Shown one piece after another: positions 35,720 to 46,365 of a DNA stretch of 51,359 nucleotides. Positions within the stretch are counted from its first letter, which is position 1. Every line of letters begins with the position of its first letter. The notes below the pieces were generated by a model. It was not told where the DNA came from. It searched no databases and saw only the letters and a list, made by a program, of their open reading frames with translations. This stretch comes from Candidatus Heimdallarchaeota archaeon (lineage in GTDB: Archaea > Asgardarchaeota > Heimdallarchaeia > Heimdallarchaeales > Heimdallarchaeaceae): assembly GCA_019057375.1 (NCBI GenBank), contig DXJF01000040.1, positions 1 through 51,359 on the forward strand, read 5' to 3'. The position numbers and the translations under genes are program-made.

Positions 35720-37555
35720 TTAAACAAGTTCAGCTGCTTGTTCAACATATTCAAGAGATTGATGTCTGAAATACATATCATAAAGTTGCCAATATTTACC
35801 CTTCTTATCCATTAACTGCTGATGGCTACCTTCTTCAACGATTTGAGCGCCATCAATGACTATAATTCTATCAGCATTCTCTACAGTGGTTAAACGATGA
35901 GCAATAATAATTGCAGTTCTATCTTTGAGTAAAACTTTCAGGGCTTCTTGAATAAGAGATTCAGTATAAGCATCTATTGCAGCTGTAGCTTCATCTAAAA
36001 TAAGAATTCTGGGGTCTGATAACAATGCTCGAGCAAAAGCAACAAGTTGTTTTTGTCCAGCGGATAATTTTGTCCCTTTTTCTCCTACTTCTGTATCTAA
36101 TCCTTGAGGTAAACTCTGAATAAATTCCCAAGCATGAACACTCTTTGCTGCTTTTTCTATCTCTTCTCTGGTTGCATCTAGCTTTCCATAACGGATATTT
36201 TCTTCTATCGAACCGCTGAAAAGGATATTGTCTTGCAAAACTATTCCTATTTGGTTTCTGTAGTCTTGCATGACGTATTTTCGAATGTCTGTACCATCTA
36301 CTATAATCGACCCATCTACAACATCATAAAAACGAGCAATTAAAGAAACTAAAGTACTTTTTCCGGCACCTGTTCTTCCAGCAATAGCAACAGTCTCTGC
36401 TGATGGAATTGATAGAGTAAAATCCTTGTATAACGGTTCTGTTTTATTATAGTAGAAGGTTATATTTTTGAAATCAATTCTACCAGTAAGTTTTGGAACA
36501 GGTAAAGGATTAGAATCTTCGACAACTTTTGGCTTACTATCCATCAAGCTAAAAATCCTTTCTACAGCAGCCAAACCTGCTTCAAATTGATTGAAGAATC
36601 GAGTAATTTCCAGCAAAGGCATAAAGAATCGGTTCAACATTAGAATAAAGAAATAGAGTGTAGCAACTGTTAGATCACCTATTTGGAAAGTTATTTTTCC
36701 TCCAAAGTAGAGTACCAAGAAAGTTCCAACACCAAATAATGTTTCAATTATTGGGAAGAAAATACTCATACCCCATGCTCTTACATATGCAGCACGATAA
36801 TTCCTCATATTAATTCCTTTGAATCTTTCAAAGGCTTCTTTTTCTTGGTTGAAGCTTTTTGTTACTTCAATACCAGATATTGATTCTGCAACATTTGCAT
36901 TAAGAATAGCAATGGTTTTTCGCCAATTCTTTGATGTTCTTCTTGAAAAAAGTCTGATTCCAATTCCTAAACCAAAAAGTATTGGTACAACTGCTAATGT
37001 TATTCCTGCAAGTCTAACATCGGTAACAAACAATATGATAATAACAACTAACATTACAAGGATGTTAATTAGGAATGAGGTGGTTATTTGAACCATTTGG
37101 GAAATTGTATCTGAATCACTTGTAACCCGACTTACAAGCTTTCCACTTTTGTTTTCATCATAGAAGTTCATATCATTTTTAAGAAGTGTTTCAAAACTAT
37201 CTTTTCTTATTTTTCTTAACATTTCTCCAGTTAATATTGAACTATTGTAAAGAGCTCTATATTGAGCAAACCAAAACAAACCATATAGAATTATTACTGC
37301 AGCTGTTTCAACATAAAAAACAACATTGAAATTGCCATCTTGTACTCCTTCAATTATAAATCTTATGAAAAATGGAATTCCAAGAGTTGCACCAGTTTGA
37401 AGAATCATCCATACTAGAACTGTAATGAAAGTTTTCTTATCATGTTTAGCAATATAACCAAATAATCGCTTAAACAGATAGATGTCACCATATTTTCTAT
37501 CGTATTTATCATCTGGTAATTCTTGTATAAATCCCATCGCTTCATTCACCCTCAT
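35720..37555 (-). CDS. Heterodimeric ABC exporter subunit (TM288-like)
   Basis: 6-TM + NBD: GRTGAGKS, LSAGQKQ, LDEAT (catalytic Glu), IAHRL. Confidence 0.92.
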   Translation of the reverse strand: MRVNEAMGFIQELPDDKYDRKYGDIYLFKRLFGYIAKHDKKTFITVLVWMILQTGATLGIPFFIRFIIEGVQDGNFNVVFYVETAAVIILYGLFWFAQYRALYNSSILTGEMLRKIRKDSFETLLKNDMNFYDENKSGKLVSRVTSDSDTISQMVQITTSFLINILVMLVVIIILFVTDVRLAGITLAVVPILFGLGIGIRLFSRRTSKNWRKTIAILNANVAESISGIEVTKSFNQEKEAFERFKGINMRNYRAAYVRAWGMSIFFPIIETLFGVGTFLVLYFGGKITFQIGDLTVATLYFFILMLNRFFMPLLEITRFFNQFEAGLAAVERIFSLMDSKPKVVEDSNPLPVPKLTGRIDFKNITFYYNKTEPLYKDFTLSIPSAETVAIAGRTGAGKSTLVSLIARFYDVVDGSIIVDGTDIRKYVMQDYRNQIGIVLQDNILFSGSIEENIRYGKLDATREEIEKAAKSVHAWEFIQSLPQGLDTEVGEKGTKLSAGQKQLVAFARALLSDPRILILDEATAAIDAYTESLIQEALKVLLKDRTAIIIAHRLTTVENADRIIVIDGAQIVEEGSHQQLMDKKGKYWQLYDMYFRHQSLEYVEQAAELV

Positions 37556-39464
37556 ATAGTTCAGTTTTCATTTGTTCGGGCATCATTTTTCGTATTTCTG
37601 AGAATCTAGCAAAAACTCTCCAGTAATCTACAGATTCCTTCAACAATTGATCATGAGAACCTATTGCTTTTACTTCACCTTGCTTTAAAACAACAATAAT
37701 ATCTGAATGTCTTATTGTTGATAATCTATGAGTAATAATAAAACTAGTTCGATCTTTTAATACTCTATTAATAGCAGTATTAATTTTATCTTCAGTTTCG
37801 GAATCTACTGCAGAACTAGCATCGTCAAAAACAAGTATCCTTGGATTAGCAAGCAACATTCGAGCAATTGCTATTCGTTGCTTTTGTCCTCCACTAAGTG
37901 TCGTACCTCTTTCACCTACAATTGTGTCGTAACCTTGATCGAATTTCTCAATAAACTCTTCAGCTTGAGCCATTCTTGCAGCTTGAAAGATTTCATCATC
38001 AGTCGCATCAGGTTTTCCATATGAGATATTTTCTTTAATTGTGGCTGAAAATAACACAATATCTTGTTCAATTACACCAATGTTTTGTCTTATAGTATCA
38101 AAAGACAACTGTTTTACATCTATACCATCAATTTTCACGCTGCCAGATTCTACATCATATAATCTTGTTAGAAGTTTCATTAACGTAGTTTTACCGCAAC
38201 CAGCAGGTCCAACTATAGCAACTCTACTGCCTGAAGGAATAGAAAAAGATACATTCTTCAAAACTTTTGTTTCACCTTCATAAGCAAAAGTTATATCCTT
38301 AAATTCTAAATTTCCATGTAGTGTTTCTCGCTCAATAGGTTGCTCTGGTGCTGGGATAATTGTCTCTTTAGTTAGTATGTCGACAATTCTATCTGCTCCA
38401 GCAAATCCCATCTGAACAAGAACTAACATCCATGACATCACCCAAATTGGAAAGAAGAGATTTCCTGCTAAAAGAGAATAAGTTATCAATTCTCCGATAC
38501 CAAATCCTGATACAGATCCCCCTCCAGCTAATAAAATTTCTTGATTCCATAAAACTGAAGTAACAGGATTTCCTATACCCCAATTTATTAGTAAACTCCC
38601 CCAAAGAATAGAGAGACCAACGCCCATACCAACAAATAATACAGGATAATATTTTGATCTTAATTTTCCTCTTGTAATAATTTCTTCTGATAGCTTATCA
38701 TTTTTTTCTCTGAATGAAACTCTTTCGAATGGTTCTCGAGCAAATGTTTTGATAACACTAATTCCTAGTAATTTCTCCTGCAAATAAGCAGAAAGACTAG
38801 AGTAGGATGCTTGTATCTGTATTGATATTGGACCTACTGATTTGTAAAATCTTCTAGCGAAAAAGAAAATTGGGAAGGCAATGATTATCGGTATAATAAT
38901 GAGAACTGGAAGACCATTCCAATAGGGAGTTATGAAGAACATTGTTCCTATCGTAAATATAACCCCAAAAATCGCAGCATATGCTAAATGAATTACTGGA
39001 TTGACAAAGAAATTTACCATTCTAGTATCAAAAGTAGCCCTGGCCATAACATCACCGGCTTTAACTTCATCATGGAAGGTCATTGATTTAGATAACATAG
39101 AGGCATAATATTCATCCCTAATATCTCTTTCAACCCTTTGCGATGTCACCTCAATAATTAAACCAGAGGCAAAGCTAGCAATACCACTTATTATTGTTAA
39201 AATTAGAAGTATAAACGCAAAAAATGTGATTTGTTCCCATATTCCAAAAGGATCCAAAATTTCTGAAATTAATTTTCCAAGTATAACTGGAGAAATAGCG
39301 GCTATTGCTGCGCTTATTGTTGCAAATAGAAAAAATAAAGCTATCATACCTTTATGTGCTAGAACATGACTGATTACCCACTTGAAATGGCTTTTTTTAC
39401 TATACTTTACCATAACTGGATCAAAAAACTCTCCAGTAAGAAGGTCTGAGTTATTTTCAATCAT
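37542..39464 (-). CDS. Heterodimeric ABC exporter subunit (TM287-like, degenerate Walker B)
   Basis: GPAGCGKT, LSGGQKQR, FDDASSAVD (Glu to Asp). Confidence 0.92.
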   Translation of the reverse strand: MIENNSDLLTGEFFDPVMVKYSKKSHFKWVISHVLAHKGMIALFFLFATISAAIAAISPVILGKLISEILDPFGIWEQITFFAFILLILTIISGIASFASGLIIEVTSQRVERDIRDEYYASMLSKSMTFHDEVKAGDVMARATFDTRMVNFFVNPVIHLAYAAIFGVIFTIGTMFFITPYWNGLPVLIIIPIIIAFPIFFFARRFYKSVGPISIQIQASYSSLSAYLQEKLLGISVIKTFAREPFERVSFREKNDKLSEEIITRGKLRSKYYPVLFVGMGVGLSILWGSLLINWGIGNPVTSVLWNQEILLAGGGSVSGFGIGELITYSLLAGNLFFPIWVMSWMLVLVQMGFAGADRIVDILTKETIIPAPEQPIERETLHGNLEFKDITFAYEGETKVLKNVSFSIPSGSRVAIVGPAGCGKTTLMKLLTRLYDVESGSVKIDGIDVKQLSFDTIRQNIGVIEQDIVLFSATIKENISYGKPDATDDEIFQAARMAQAEEFIEKFDQGYDTIVGERGTTLSGGQKQRIAIARMLLANPRILVFDDASSAVDSETEDKINTAINRVLKDRTSFIITHRLSTIRHSDIIVVLKQGEVKAIGSHDQLLKESVDYWRVFARFSEIRKMMPEQMKTELYEGE

Positions 39465-39557
39465 ACTTTCCCAGCTCTGTTTCAGATATTATTTTTGGCT
39501 ATATAAAGTGCCATATTTAACAATAAGGATTAGAGACTTTATACCTAGCAAATTCAA

Positions 39558-40556
39558 TTAGAAATCTAATCTGATTTCAATGATTCCTCCAATCATTTCT
39601 AGAGAAACTACACTAGGTCCAACCAATTTTAACGGGGCATCATTTCCTCCTAGAAAGACCGCATTTTTCTCAGCAGCTAATATAATACTATCATTTTTTG
39701 CAATGTCTGCTGCATCCAGATTAACAGTGTCACCTAAAGAATTCTTGAGAATAATATTATAACCAGATGCTGCAAGCGTGTCATTAAAGGAATCAGTAGC
39801 ACCTCCATCAATTATTGCAATTATTCTCCATAAAGCTAAGCCTTCATATGTGTTAAATCTATCTCCTTCTTGTACTTGGTAAATCAATCTATTTTCTCCT
39901 TCATTGAAATACATAAACGCTTCAAAAGTAGGCTTATCTACACTATCGTTAGTTATCCCATACAAATAAACAATCCATGAACTTAGAGCTATAACATTAA
40001 CTGCCACTACATCTTTCACCCACGGTGAACCATCAGATAAATACATTTCTCCATCCTCAGCTACAGCAGCAATTCTTAGCTTTCCATCTCCTGGAGCTAA
40101 GTTTCCCCCGTCCATTTCATATGCTAAGATAACACTAAAATTGCCTATTCCTAAGTAATCTCCAGTAGTACTATCGTATGCAGGAAAATGTCCTTGAAGC
40201 ATATCATACGTAAAAATAACTTTGTAATTATCACTAGATACTATCTCAAGCTCCTCTCCACTAACTAACCCTCCTATATCATTTAGAAGAGTTGATATTT
40301 CTACACCTTTGTAGAGATTTGGTCCTACTAGTGTGCCAGTAGATTTTCTATAACCAGCATATCCTGTAATATTAGCAAAATTCCTGATTTCAGTCATTGT
40401 ATAATTCTTTGTAGAACTTGATCCTTGAAGAGTCAAGACAACATTTGTATCAGAAATCTTCTCATAAAACACCCCGAAATATATGCCTAAACCAGCTCCA
40501 GTAAGAACCAAAACTGAAATTATACCAATATAAATTGTACTAACTTTGCTACTCAT
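39558..40556 (-). CDS. Membrane-anchored extracellular protein with two molybdopterin-oxidoreductase-like (Oxidored_molyb fold) repeats
   Basis: N-terminal TM; repeated motifs YKGVEISTLL/YEGLALWRII, ILAYE/ILAAE, GKLRI/APLKLV. Confidence 0.55.
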   Translation of the reverse strand: MSSKVSTIYIGIISVLVLTGAGLGIYFGVFYEKISDTNVVLTLQGSSSTKNYTMTEIRNFANITGYAGYRKSTGTLVGPNLYKGVEISTLLNDIGGLVSGEELEIVSSDNYKVIFTYDMLQGHFPAYDSTTGDYLGIGNFSVILAYEMDGGNLAPGDGKLRIAAVAEDGEMYLSDGSPWVKDVVAVNVIALSSWIVYLYGITNDSVDKPTFEAFMYFNEGENRLIYQVQEGDRFNTYEGLALWRIIAIIDGGATDSFNDTLAASGYNIILKNSLGDTVNLDAADIAKNDSIILAAEKNAVFLGGNDAPLKLVGPSVVSLEMIGGIIEIRLDF

Positions 40557-40708
40557 GAGTAAATTAATTTGTATTTATGATATAAATTTTATTAACTGAC
40601 AACACTTTAAATAAATAAATTTAACAGACAAGATAATTGAATAGAAACATCATTTTCTTACAATTAAACGCAAAACAATAAAAAGAGAATTTAGAAGGAA
40701 TATATAAG

Positions 40709-41950
40709 ATGGTCTCCAAGTATGTAAAAATTGTAGCAGTTTCTATTGCAGTACTTGGAGTTGTAATCCCTGCGTTTTATTTTAGCTTCTATCAAGGACC
40801 ACAAAAGGACATTGAGATAGATATATGGTACACATACGAAGGTATTCAAGTTATAGCAGATGCTATAGAACAATATGAGCTAGAGCATCCAGACATCAAT
40901 ATTAATCTTATTGAGCAACCTTCTTCCGGGTGGTTAGACAAGTTCATCAGTGTAGCACAGACAGGTGATGCTCCTGACATCTTCCTTGGTAAGGGAGCTT
41001 GGTTTGGAGAACTTGTAGAGCTAGAGTATATCCGTTCTCTAACTAATTTTCTTTCTCCTACAGATGAAGCAAAATATCTCCCTTCAGCGATTAATAGTTT
41101 AAGTTACATGAACGAACTTTGGGGATTGCCTTTATGGTATGATTCAATTTTATTATTTTATAACAAGGATGTCTTCGATCAAAATAGTCAACCTTACCCT
41201 CAAGAAAACTGGACGGACATAGAATTAGTCGAAGCAGCGGTTAATATGACTGATCGATCTGTGAATCAGGAGTATGGCCTTGTATGGGGAACATTGTCTC
41301 CTTATATGTGGCCAGCTTTTCAATCAGGTTTTGGTCATGGACCATTATATCAGAACAACTCAATCATAGTAAATGACACTGCTTCTAGAAATGCAATGGA
41401 ATTCATTTATAACTTAAAATATGTTGAGAGATGTGTAAGTTATGATGACACCAGCCATTCAGCTACTCAAGCATTCATCACAAACAAAGGAGCAATGCTG
41501 ATTTATGGGGGGTGGTATATCCCATCTTTAAATGAAATAGGAACAAATTATGGAGTTCAGATTCTTCCAATTATATCTTCTACTGATAAAAGAATTTCTC
41601 CAATGGTTGAAATTAAAGGATGGGGAATGTCAAAGGATACGCTCCATCCGGATATTTGTTATGATATTCTTCTATTCTTAACATCAAATGAAGTTCAAAA
41701 AGAGCTGGTTTCAAATGAATACAAGGTTCCTACTTTAATTGAAACAATATATTCTCCAATTGTTCAAAATGAGCCATTAATTTTAACTCAAATTAAACAA
41801 ATTGAAAATAGCCAATATTATCCTATGGATCCCATTTACAATTTTTATTCTGATTATATGAGAGCAGCATTACAATTCATATTGTTAAATCACGAAAACA
41901 TTCAAAGTTCTCTTGATGATGCTCAAGCAGGTATAGACGCTAATAGGTGA
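40709..41950 (+). CDS. Sugar ABC transporter substrate-binding protein (MalE-like)
   Basis: N-terminal anchor, DAPDIF, LWGLPLWYDSILLFYNKD, GAMLIYGGW. Confidence 0.9.
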   Translation: MVSKYVKIVAVSIAVLGVVIPAFYFSFYQGPQKDIEIDIWYTYEGIQVIADAIEQYELEHPDININLIEQPSSGWLDKFISVAQTGDAPDIFLGKGAWFGELVELEYIRSLTNFLSPTDEAKYLPSAINSLSYMNELWGLPLWYDSILLFYNKDVFDQNSQPYPQENWTDIELVEAAVNMTDRSVNQEYGLVWGTLSPYMWPAFQSGFGHGPLYQNNSIIVNDTASRNAMEFIYNLKYVERCVSYDDTSHSATQAFITNKGAMLIYGGWYIPSLNEIGTNYGVQILPIISSTDKRISPMVEIKGWGMSKDTLHPDICYDILLFLTSNEVQKELVSNEYKVPTLIETIYSPIVQNEPLILTQIKQIENSQYYPMDPIYNFYSDYMRAALQFILLNHENIQSSLDDAQAGIDANR

Positions 41951-44900
41951 GCTTAATGAGGAAAATTAAACTAACAAAGAATTTCAAAATCAGCTTACTT
42001 ACAGTTATAATCTTAATTGGAATTCTTCTTTTCGCTCAATCTCCTTCATCAAACAAAATTAGAGCTCAAAGTGATAATGTGTCAATTTCGGATATCCAAG
42101 ATAGGTATGTTCTACTCAATTGGTCAGTTCCAGATAATTCCCTTTTTAATGGATTTAGAATTGATTATAGAAATGAAACAGGATTTAATCATACATGGTC
42201 TTTTATTTTTCTGAATCAAAGTGTAGAAAGAGAAGAGAACTATTTCTCTCCAGTGAATTATACTATATCTGACTCAAATCTTCTTGCACAAAAGAAGATT
42301 ACATTAAATTTTACAGTCTACATTGTTAGTAATGAATCAGATACGATTCATGCAAGAATTACAGGACTTTTACCATCGCAATTATACCAATTCTCAATAT
42401 ATCTCGTTAATGCAACTTTCGTAGACTATACGGATATGCAAATCATCCAACAGGTGAGTGAAGAACTTCATTGGGAATCAGTACAAATTGAGACTCTCCA
42501 AAGTCAAGAGGATCTATTACATTATTCAAAGTTGGCTACTTCTCTATCACTACTAGTTATTGTCATTTTATTTGTTGCAATCTTCATCTTTTTTGCAAGG
42601 AGGGACGTTCCGTTCAATAGAACCGCATATATATTCATCTTCCCAGCTTTATTGGCTCTGGTTTTATTGGAAGTTTATCCAATTTTATATGGTATATTTC
42701 TATCTTTTACCTCTTACAACCTTATAAGAGGAGAACAACCTGTTTTTACCGGATTCAATAATTATGCTCATATTACTGAAAATCCTCAACTTCCAATAGC
42801 TTTCACAACTACTTTAGTTTGGAGTACCTTAATCATTGTGGTAAAAATAGTTCTAGGTTTCATCTTAGCATATATTATTCAAAACAAGGTAAAAAGGAAA
42901 AAATTATGGTACCTGTTCTTATATCTACCTTGGGCAATCCCATCTTACATCAAAATCTTATCTTGGAGAACATTCTTCCACGGTACTGGTGGTATATCCT
43001 TTTTTAATGCACTTTTTGGAACGAATGTAAATCTTTTGACACAACCTTATGTAGCATTATTCATCGCATGCTTTGTAGAAGTTTGGGATTCAATTCCCCT
43101 GATAACAACATTGTTTCTGGCAGGTTTGAGTAGTATTCCCAGAGAATTAAATGATATGGCGGATATTGATCAGATTCGGGAAAGAACTAAGATAAGAAAA
43201 ATCGTAATTCCTTTAATCAAACCTATTATTCTCCCAGCAATAATATTGGAAATTATCAAAACTTTTGGTAGTTTTAACGTAGCATTTTTACTAACGAACG
43301 GATATCCACTTTTGTCATACGGGTCAAACGAAGCCGGAATCATAGGTGCTACGGATCTCTTTAGCACGTTTACATTTTACATGTTCTATCAACAAAGAGA
43401 GATTGGAATAGCAGCTGCATACTCTACAATCATGAGTCTTCTGACATTGTTTTTTGTTTTAATATGGGTGAAGATGTCAAAAGGTACAAAAAGTTCTTAC
43501 ATACCTTCTAGTCAGAAAAAAACTTCTACCAATAAATATGTTTTACCCATTCTTTTTCTATTCCAATCAGTAGGTTATTTAGCTTCAAGTTTAACGGGAT
43601 TCAGATATTTTGGTATTTATTGGAATGATGCACTAAGTTATGTCCTTGCAGGCTTCTATCTAATATCAGCTATTCTGATATTTTCAAAAAAGAACATTTC
43701 AATCAAATGGTTCAAAGTGATTCTTATTGTAGATATAATCCTTTCACTATCACAATTCTTTTTCTATCAGATGTGGTATGCTTTGAATTGGAATATCTTT
43801 ATTATTGTTCTAGAGTTTTTTATGATTTCAAATATAAGAAAAAATAGTTCTGAAGAAGTAGAATTCAAACCAAGAGAAAAAATAATAATCTGGTTCAAAC
43901 AAACAAGAAGAAATGTTAGGATTTTTCTTCAAAAGCTTGATTCTAGAATAGTTAATTTGAATTCAATTCACGGCATACTGTTAATTCAATTTACTACTGT
44001 CTTAACGGCCAATATCCTGCTGAAATTGACAAATTGGCTTCCTTGGACTATTCTAGCACTATTAGGTATTTATTTACTTGCTAGTTTTGTCTCAGAATTC
44101 TTTGTGAAAATATCTATACTATTGCAGCCAATACTTTGGACGGGGATAATTATAAGTTGGAATCTAGTAGGTTGGGTTACAACTATCAGTTTACTATCAT
44201 TCATGTTTATTCTAAATTATCTTAGGATCCACACCCAGTTTAATTTCAAACAGAACAAGTTCTTATCAAAAATGTATGAAATTGCATCCAAACCTAAAAA
44301 TAGTATTTTCTTCTTATTCTTAGTTACAGCTGTGGCACTTATTCCATTTTGGAACATTATATGGATAGCTTTCTCGGGAGGTAATAGTTCTGTACCAACC
44401 TCGTTTTTCCCAGAAAATCCTACTTTAGATAATTTTAGAAGGTTATTTACTCAAGAAAGTATTCACTTGAACTTCGCTAATTCGCTACTTATTGCTCTGG
44501 GATCAGCAAGCATTTGTGTCATCTTAACAGCCTTAGCAGCTTATGGATTTTCAAGATATACATTTAAAGCTAAGAAGGAGATGATGGTTGGAGTTTTTAC
44601 TTTAAAAATGTTTACAGGCATTCTTACACTAATACCATTTTATCTTATCATGTTTAATTTAGGATTAATAGACACATACATTGGTGCAATTTTAGCCTTT
44701 AGCACACACACCATACCACTAGCACTATGGATAATAAAAGGGTATATTGATTCAATTCCAAAGGAATTAGATGAATCTGCTATGATTATGGGGAATTCGC
44801 GATTTAGAGTTCTTCGAAAAATTGTTTTACCATTATCAGGACCAGCGATAGCTATTACATTCTTGTTAAATTTCTTGAGTACATGGAATGGTTTTCTGAT

Positions 44901-45111
44901 GGCATTTGTATTATTACAGTCACCAGGAAAATACACTCTCCCCATCAAACTATACACTTTTTTGGGGTCTATAGAATCTAGTTCTCCCGAATGGGGATTA
45001 TTTGCAGCTGCATCAATATTAGTAACAATTCCTTTGCTTTTGGTTTTCGTATTTCTAAGAAATTATCTGCTTAAAGGAATTGATAATTCAGTAAACATAA
45101 GAGATGTATGA
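41947..45111 (+). CDS. Fused sugar ABC permease: FN3-like ectodomain + MalF-type + extra TMs + MalG-type
   Basis: YIFIFPALL..YPILYGIFLSFT and SIPRELNDMADID (EAA-like 1); PTLDNF..FANSLLIALGS and SIPKELDESAMIMG (EAA-like 2); NWSVP..ITGLLPSQLYQFSI FN3 pattern. Confidence 0.88.
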   Translation: MSLMRKIKLTKNFKISLLTVIILIGILLFAQSPSSNKIRAQSDNVSISDIQDRYVLLNWSVPDNSLFNGFRIDYRNETGFNHTWSFIFLNQSVEREENYFSPVNYTISDSNLLAQKKITLNFTVYIVSNESDTIHARITGLLPSQLYQFSIYLVNATFVDYTDMQIIQQVSEELHWESVQIETLQSQEDLLHYSKLATSLSLLVIVILFVAIFIFFARRDVPFNRTAYIFIFPALLALVLLEVYPILYGIFLSFTSYNLIRGEQPVFTGFNNYAHITENPQLPIAFTTTLVWSTLIIVVKIVLGFILAYIIQNKVKRKKLWYLFLYLPWAIPSYIKILSWRTFFHGTGGISFFNALFGTNVNLLTQPYVALFIACFVEVWDSIPLITTLFLAGLSSIPRELNDMADIDQIRERTKIRKIVIPLIKPIILPAIILEIIKTFGSFNVAFLLTNGYPLLSYGSNEAGIIGATDLFSTFTFYMFYQQREIGIAAAYSTIMSLLTLFFVLIWVKMSKGTKSSYIPSSQKKTSTNKYVLPILFLFQSVGYLASSLTGFRYFGIYWNDALSYVLAGFYLISAILIFSKKNISIKWFKVILIVDIILSLSQFFFYQMWYALNWNIFIIVLEFFMISNIRKNSSEEVEFKPREKIIIWFKQTRRNVRIFLQKLDSRIVNLNSIHGILLIQFTTVLTANILLKLTNWLPWTILALLGIYLLASFVSEFFVKISILLQPILWTGIIISWNLVGWVTTISLLSFMFILNYLRIHTQFNFKQNKFLSKMYEIASKPKNSIFFLFLVTAVALIPFWNIIWIAFSGGNSSVPTSFFPENPTLDNFRRLFTQESIHLNFANSLLIALGSASICVILTALAAYGFSRYTFKAKKEMMVGVFTLKMFTGILTLIPFYLIMFNLGLIDTYIGAILAFSTHTIPLALWIIKGYIDSIPKELDESAMIMGNSRFRVLRKIVLPLSGPAIAITFLLNFLSTWNGFLMAFVLLQSPGKYTLPIKLYTFLGSIESSSPEWGLFAAASILVTIPLLLVFVFLRNYLLKGIDNSVNIRDV

Positions 45112-46228
45112 AATGAAAGTTGAAATAAAAAACCTAACAAAAAAATATGGCAAAAAAACAGCCCTCAATGACATTAATGTCACAATTCCTGAAGAAAGTT
45201 TCACTGTTATCCTCGGACCTTCAGGAAGTGGAAAAACCACTTTATTGAGGATTCTAGCGGGATTATTATATCCTTCAGAAGGTCAAATATTTTTTAATGA
45301 AAAAAACATAACAGACATACCTGCAAATAAAAGAAACATAGCAATGGTTTTTCAAAACTATCCTCTTTTTCCACATATGACTGTAGAAGAAAATTTGCGT
45401 TTTCCATTAGAGAGTCAAAAAGAAGGAAATTTGTTTAAAAGAAGAACTTTCACATCATCAAACGTACAAAATAAAGTGGATGAAACACTAAAATTGTTTA
45501 AATTAGAGGAACATCGAAACAAGTATCCTTCTCAACTAAGTGGTGGAGAACAACAAAGGGTAGCTATAGGGAGAGAAGTTATTAGACAACCAGTGATTTT
45601 TCTCTTTGATGAACCACTAAGTAATATTGATGCTAGATTAAGATATGAGATGAGAACATGGATACGAAAACTTCACGGAATTCTGAAGACAACAATGGTC
45701 TATGTGACTCATGATCAAGCTGAAGCTCTCAGTCTCGGAGACAATATCGTTTTATTGCAAGATGGAAAAATTGCTCAAATGGGCCCTCCTGAAGAACTTT
45801 ATGACGAACCTAATCAGAAGTTTGTAGCACAATTTATTGGCAACTTTCCTATGAATTTTCTCAAATTCAAGTCATCAAAAAATTCAGTCTCATTAGTTAT
45901 TGATAACCAGATTTTGCTTCCCAAAAATCTTCAAAAAAGAATACTAAAAGAAAATATCACAGAAGGTGAAATAGGATTTAGAGCAGAATCTATCAGAGAG
46001 CTAGATCCAAACAAAACTATTGATGAAAATCAAATAGTACTGGAATGTTCCATAGCTGATTCAGAAAAAATACTTGATCAACTGGTTTTAACTCTTAACT
46101 TTAAAGGAGAAAACTTATTCTTTGTAACTAAAACTAGGAAGAAATTCACAATTGGTCAGAAACTTTCGGTTCTTCTACACTCTGAATCCCTCTACACTTT
46201 TACTGGAGACAACAAGAGAGTGTTTTAG
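45104..46228 (+). CDS. Sugar ABC transporter ATP-binding protein (MalK-like)
   Basis: GPSGSGKT, VFQNYPLFPHM, LSGGEQQR, FDEPLSNIDA, VTHDQ. Confidence 0.93.
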   Translation: MYEMKVEIKNLTKKYGKKTALNDINVTIPEESFTVILGPSGSGKTTLLRILAGLLYPSEGQIFFNEKNITDIPANKRNIAMVFQNYPLFPHMTVEENLRFPLESQKEGNLFKRRTFTSSNVQNKVDETLKLFKLEEHRNKYPSQLSGGEQQRVAIGREVIRQPVIFLFDEPLSNIDARLRYEMRTWIRKLHGILKTTMVYVTHDQAEALSLGDNIVLLQDGKIAQMGPPEELYDEPNQKFVAQFIGNFPMNFLKFKSSKNSVSLVIDNQILLPKNLQKRILKENITEGEIGFRAESIRELDPNKTIDENQIVLECSIADSEKILDQLVLTLNFKGENLFFVTKTRKKFTIGQKLSVLLHSESLYTFTGDNKRVF

Positions 46229-46365
46229 TAAAATTTTCTCGTTAAAATTTTGACTAGAACCATCACAATCTTATTAAAATTATTTTAATAAATATATTAA
46301 AGAGAATAACCATAATATTGGTTTGGTTCTCAATCTGGGGTAAAAAATCTATTCGAGTGAATCAA

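Noticed and set aside
46271-46291. TTATTAAAA-N3-TTTTAATAA palindrome upstream of the PAS gene
   Set aside because: A/T-only palindrome expected by chance at this base composition
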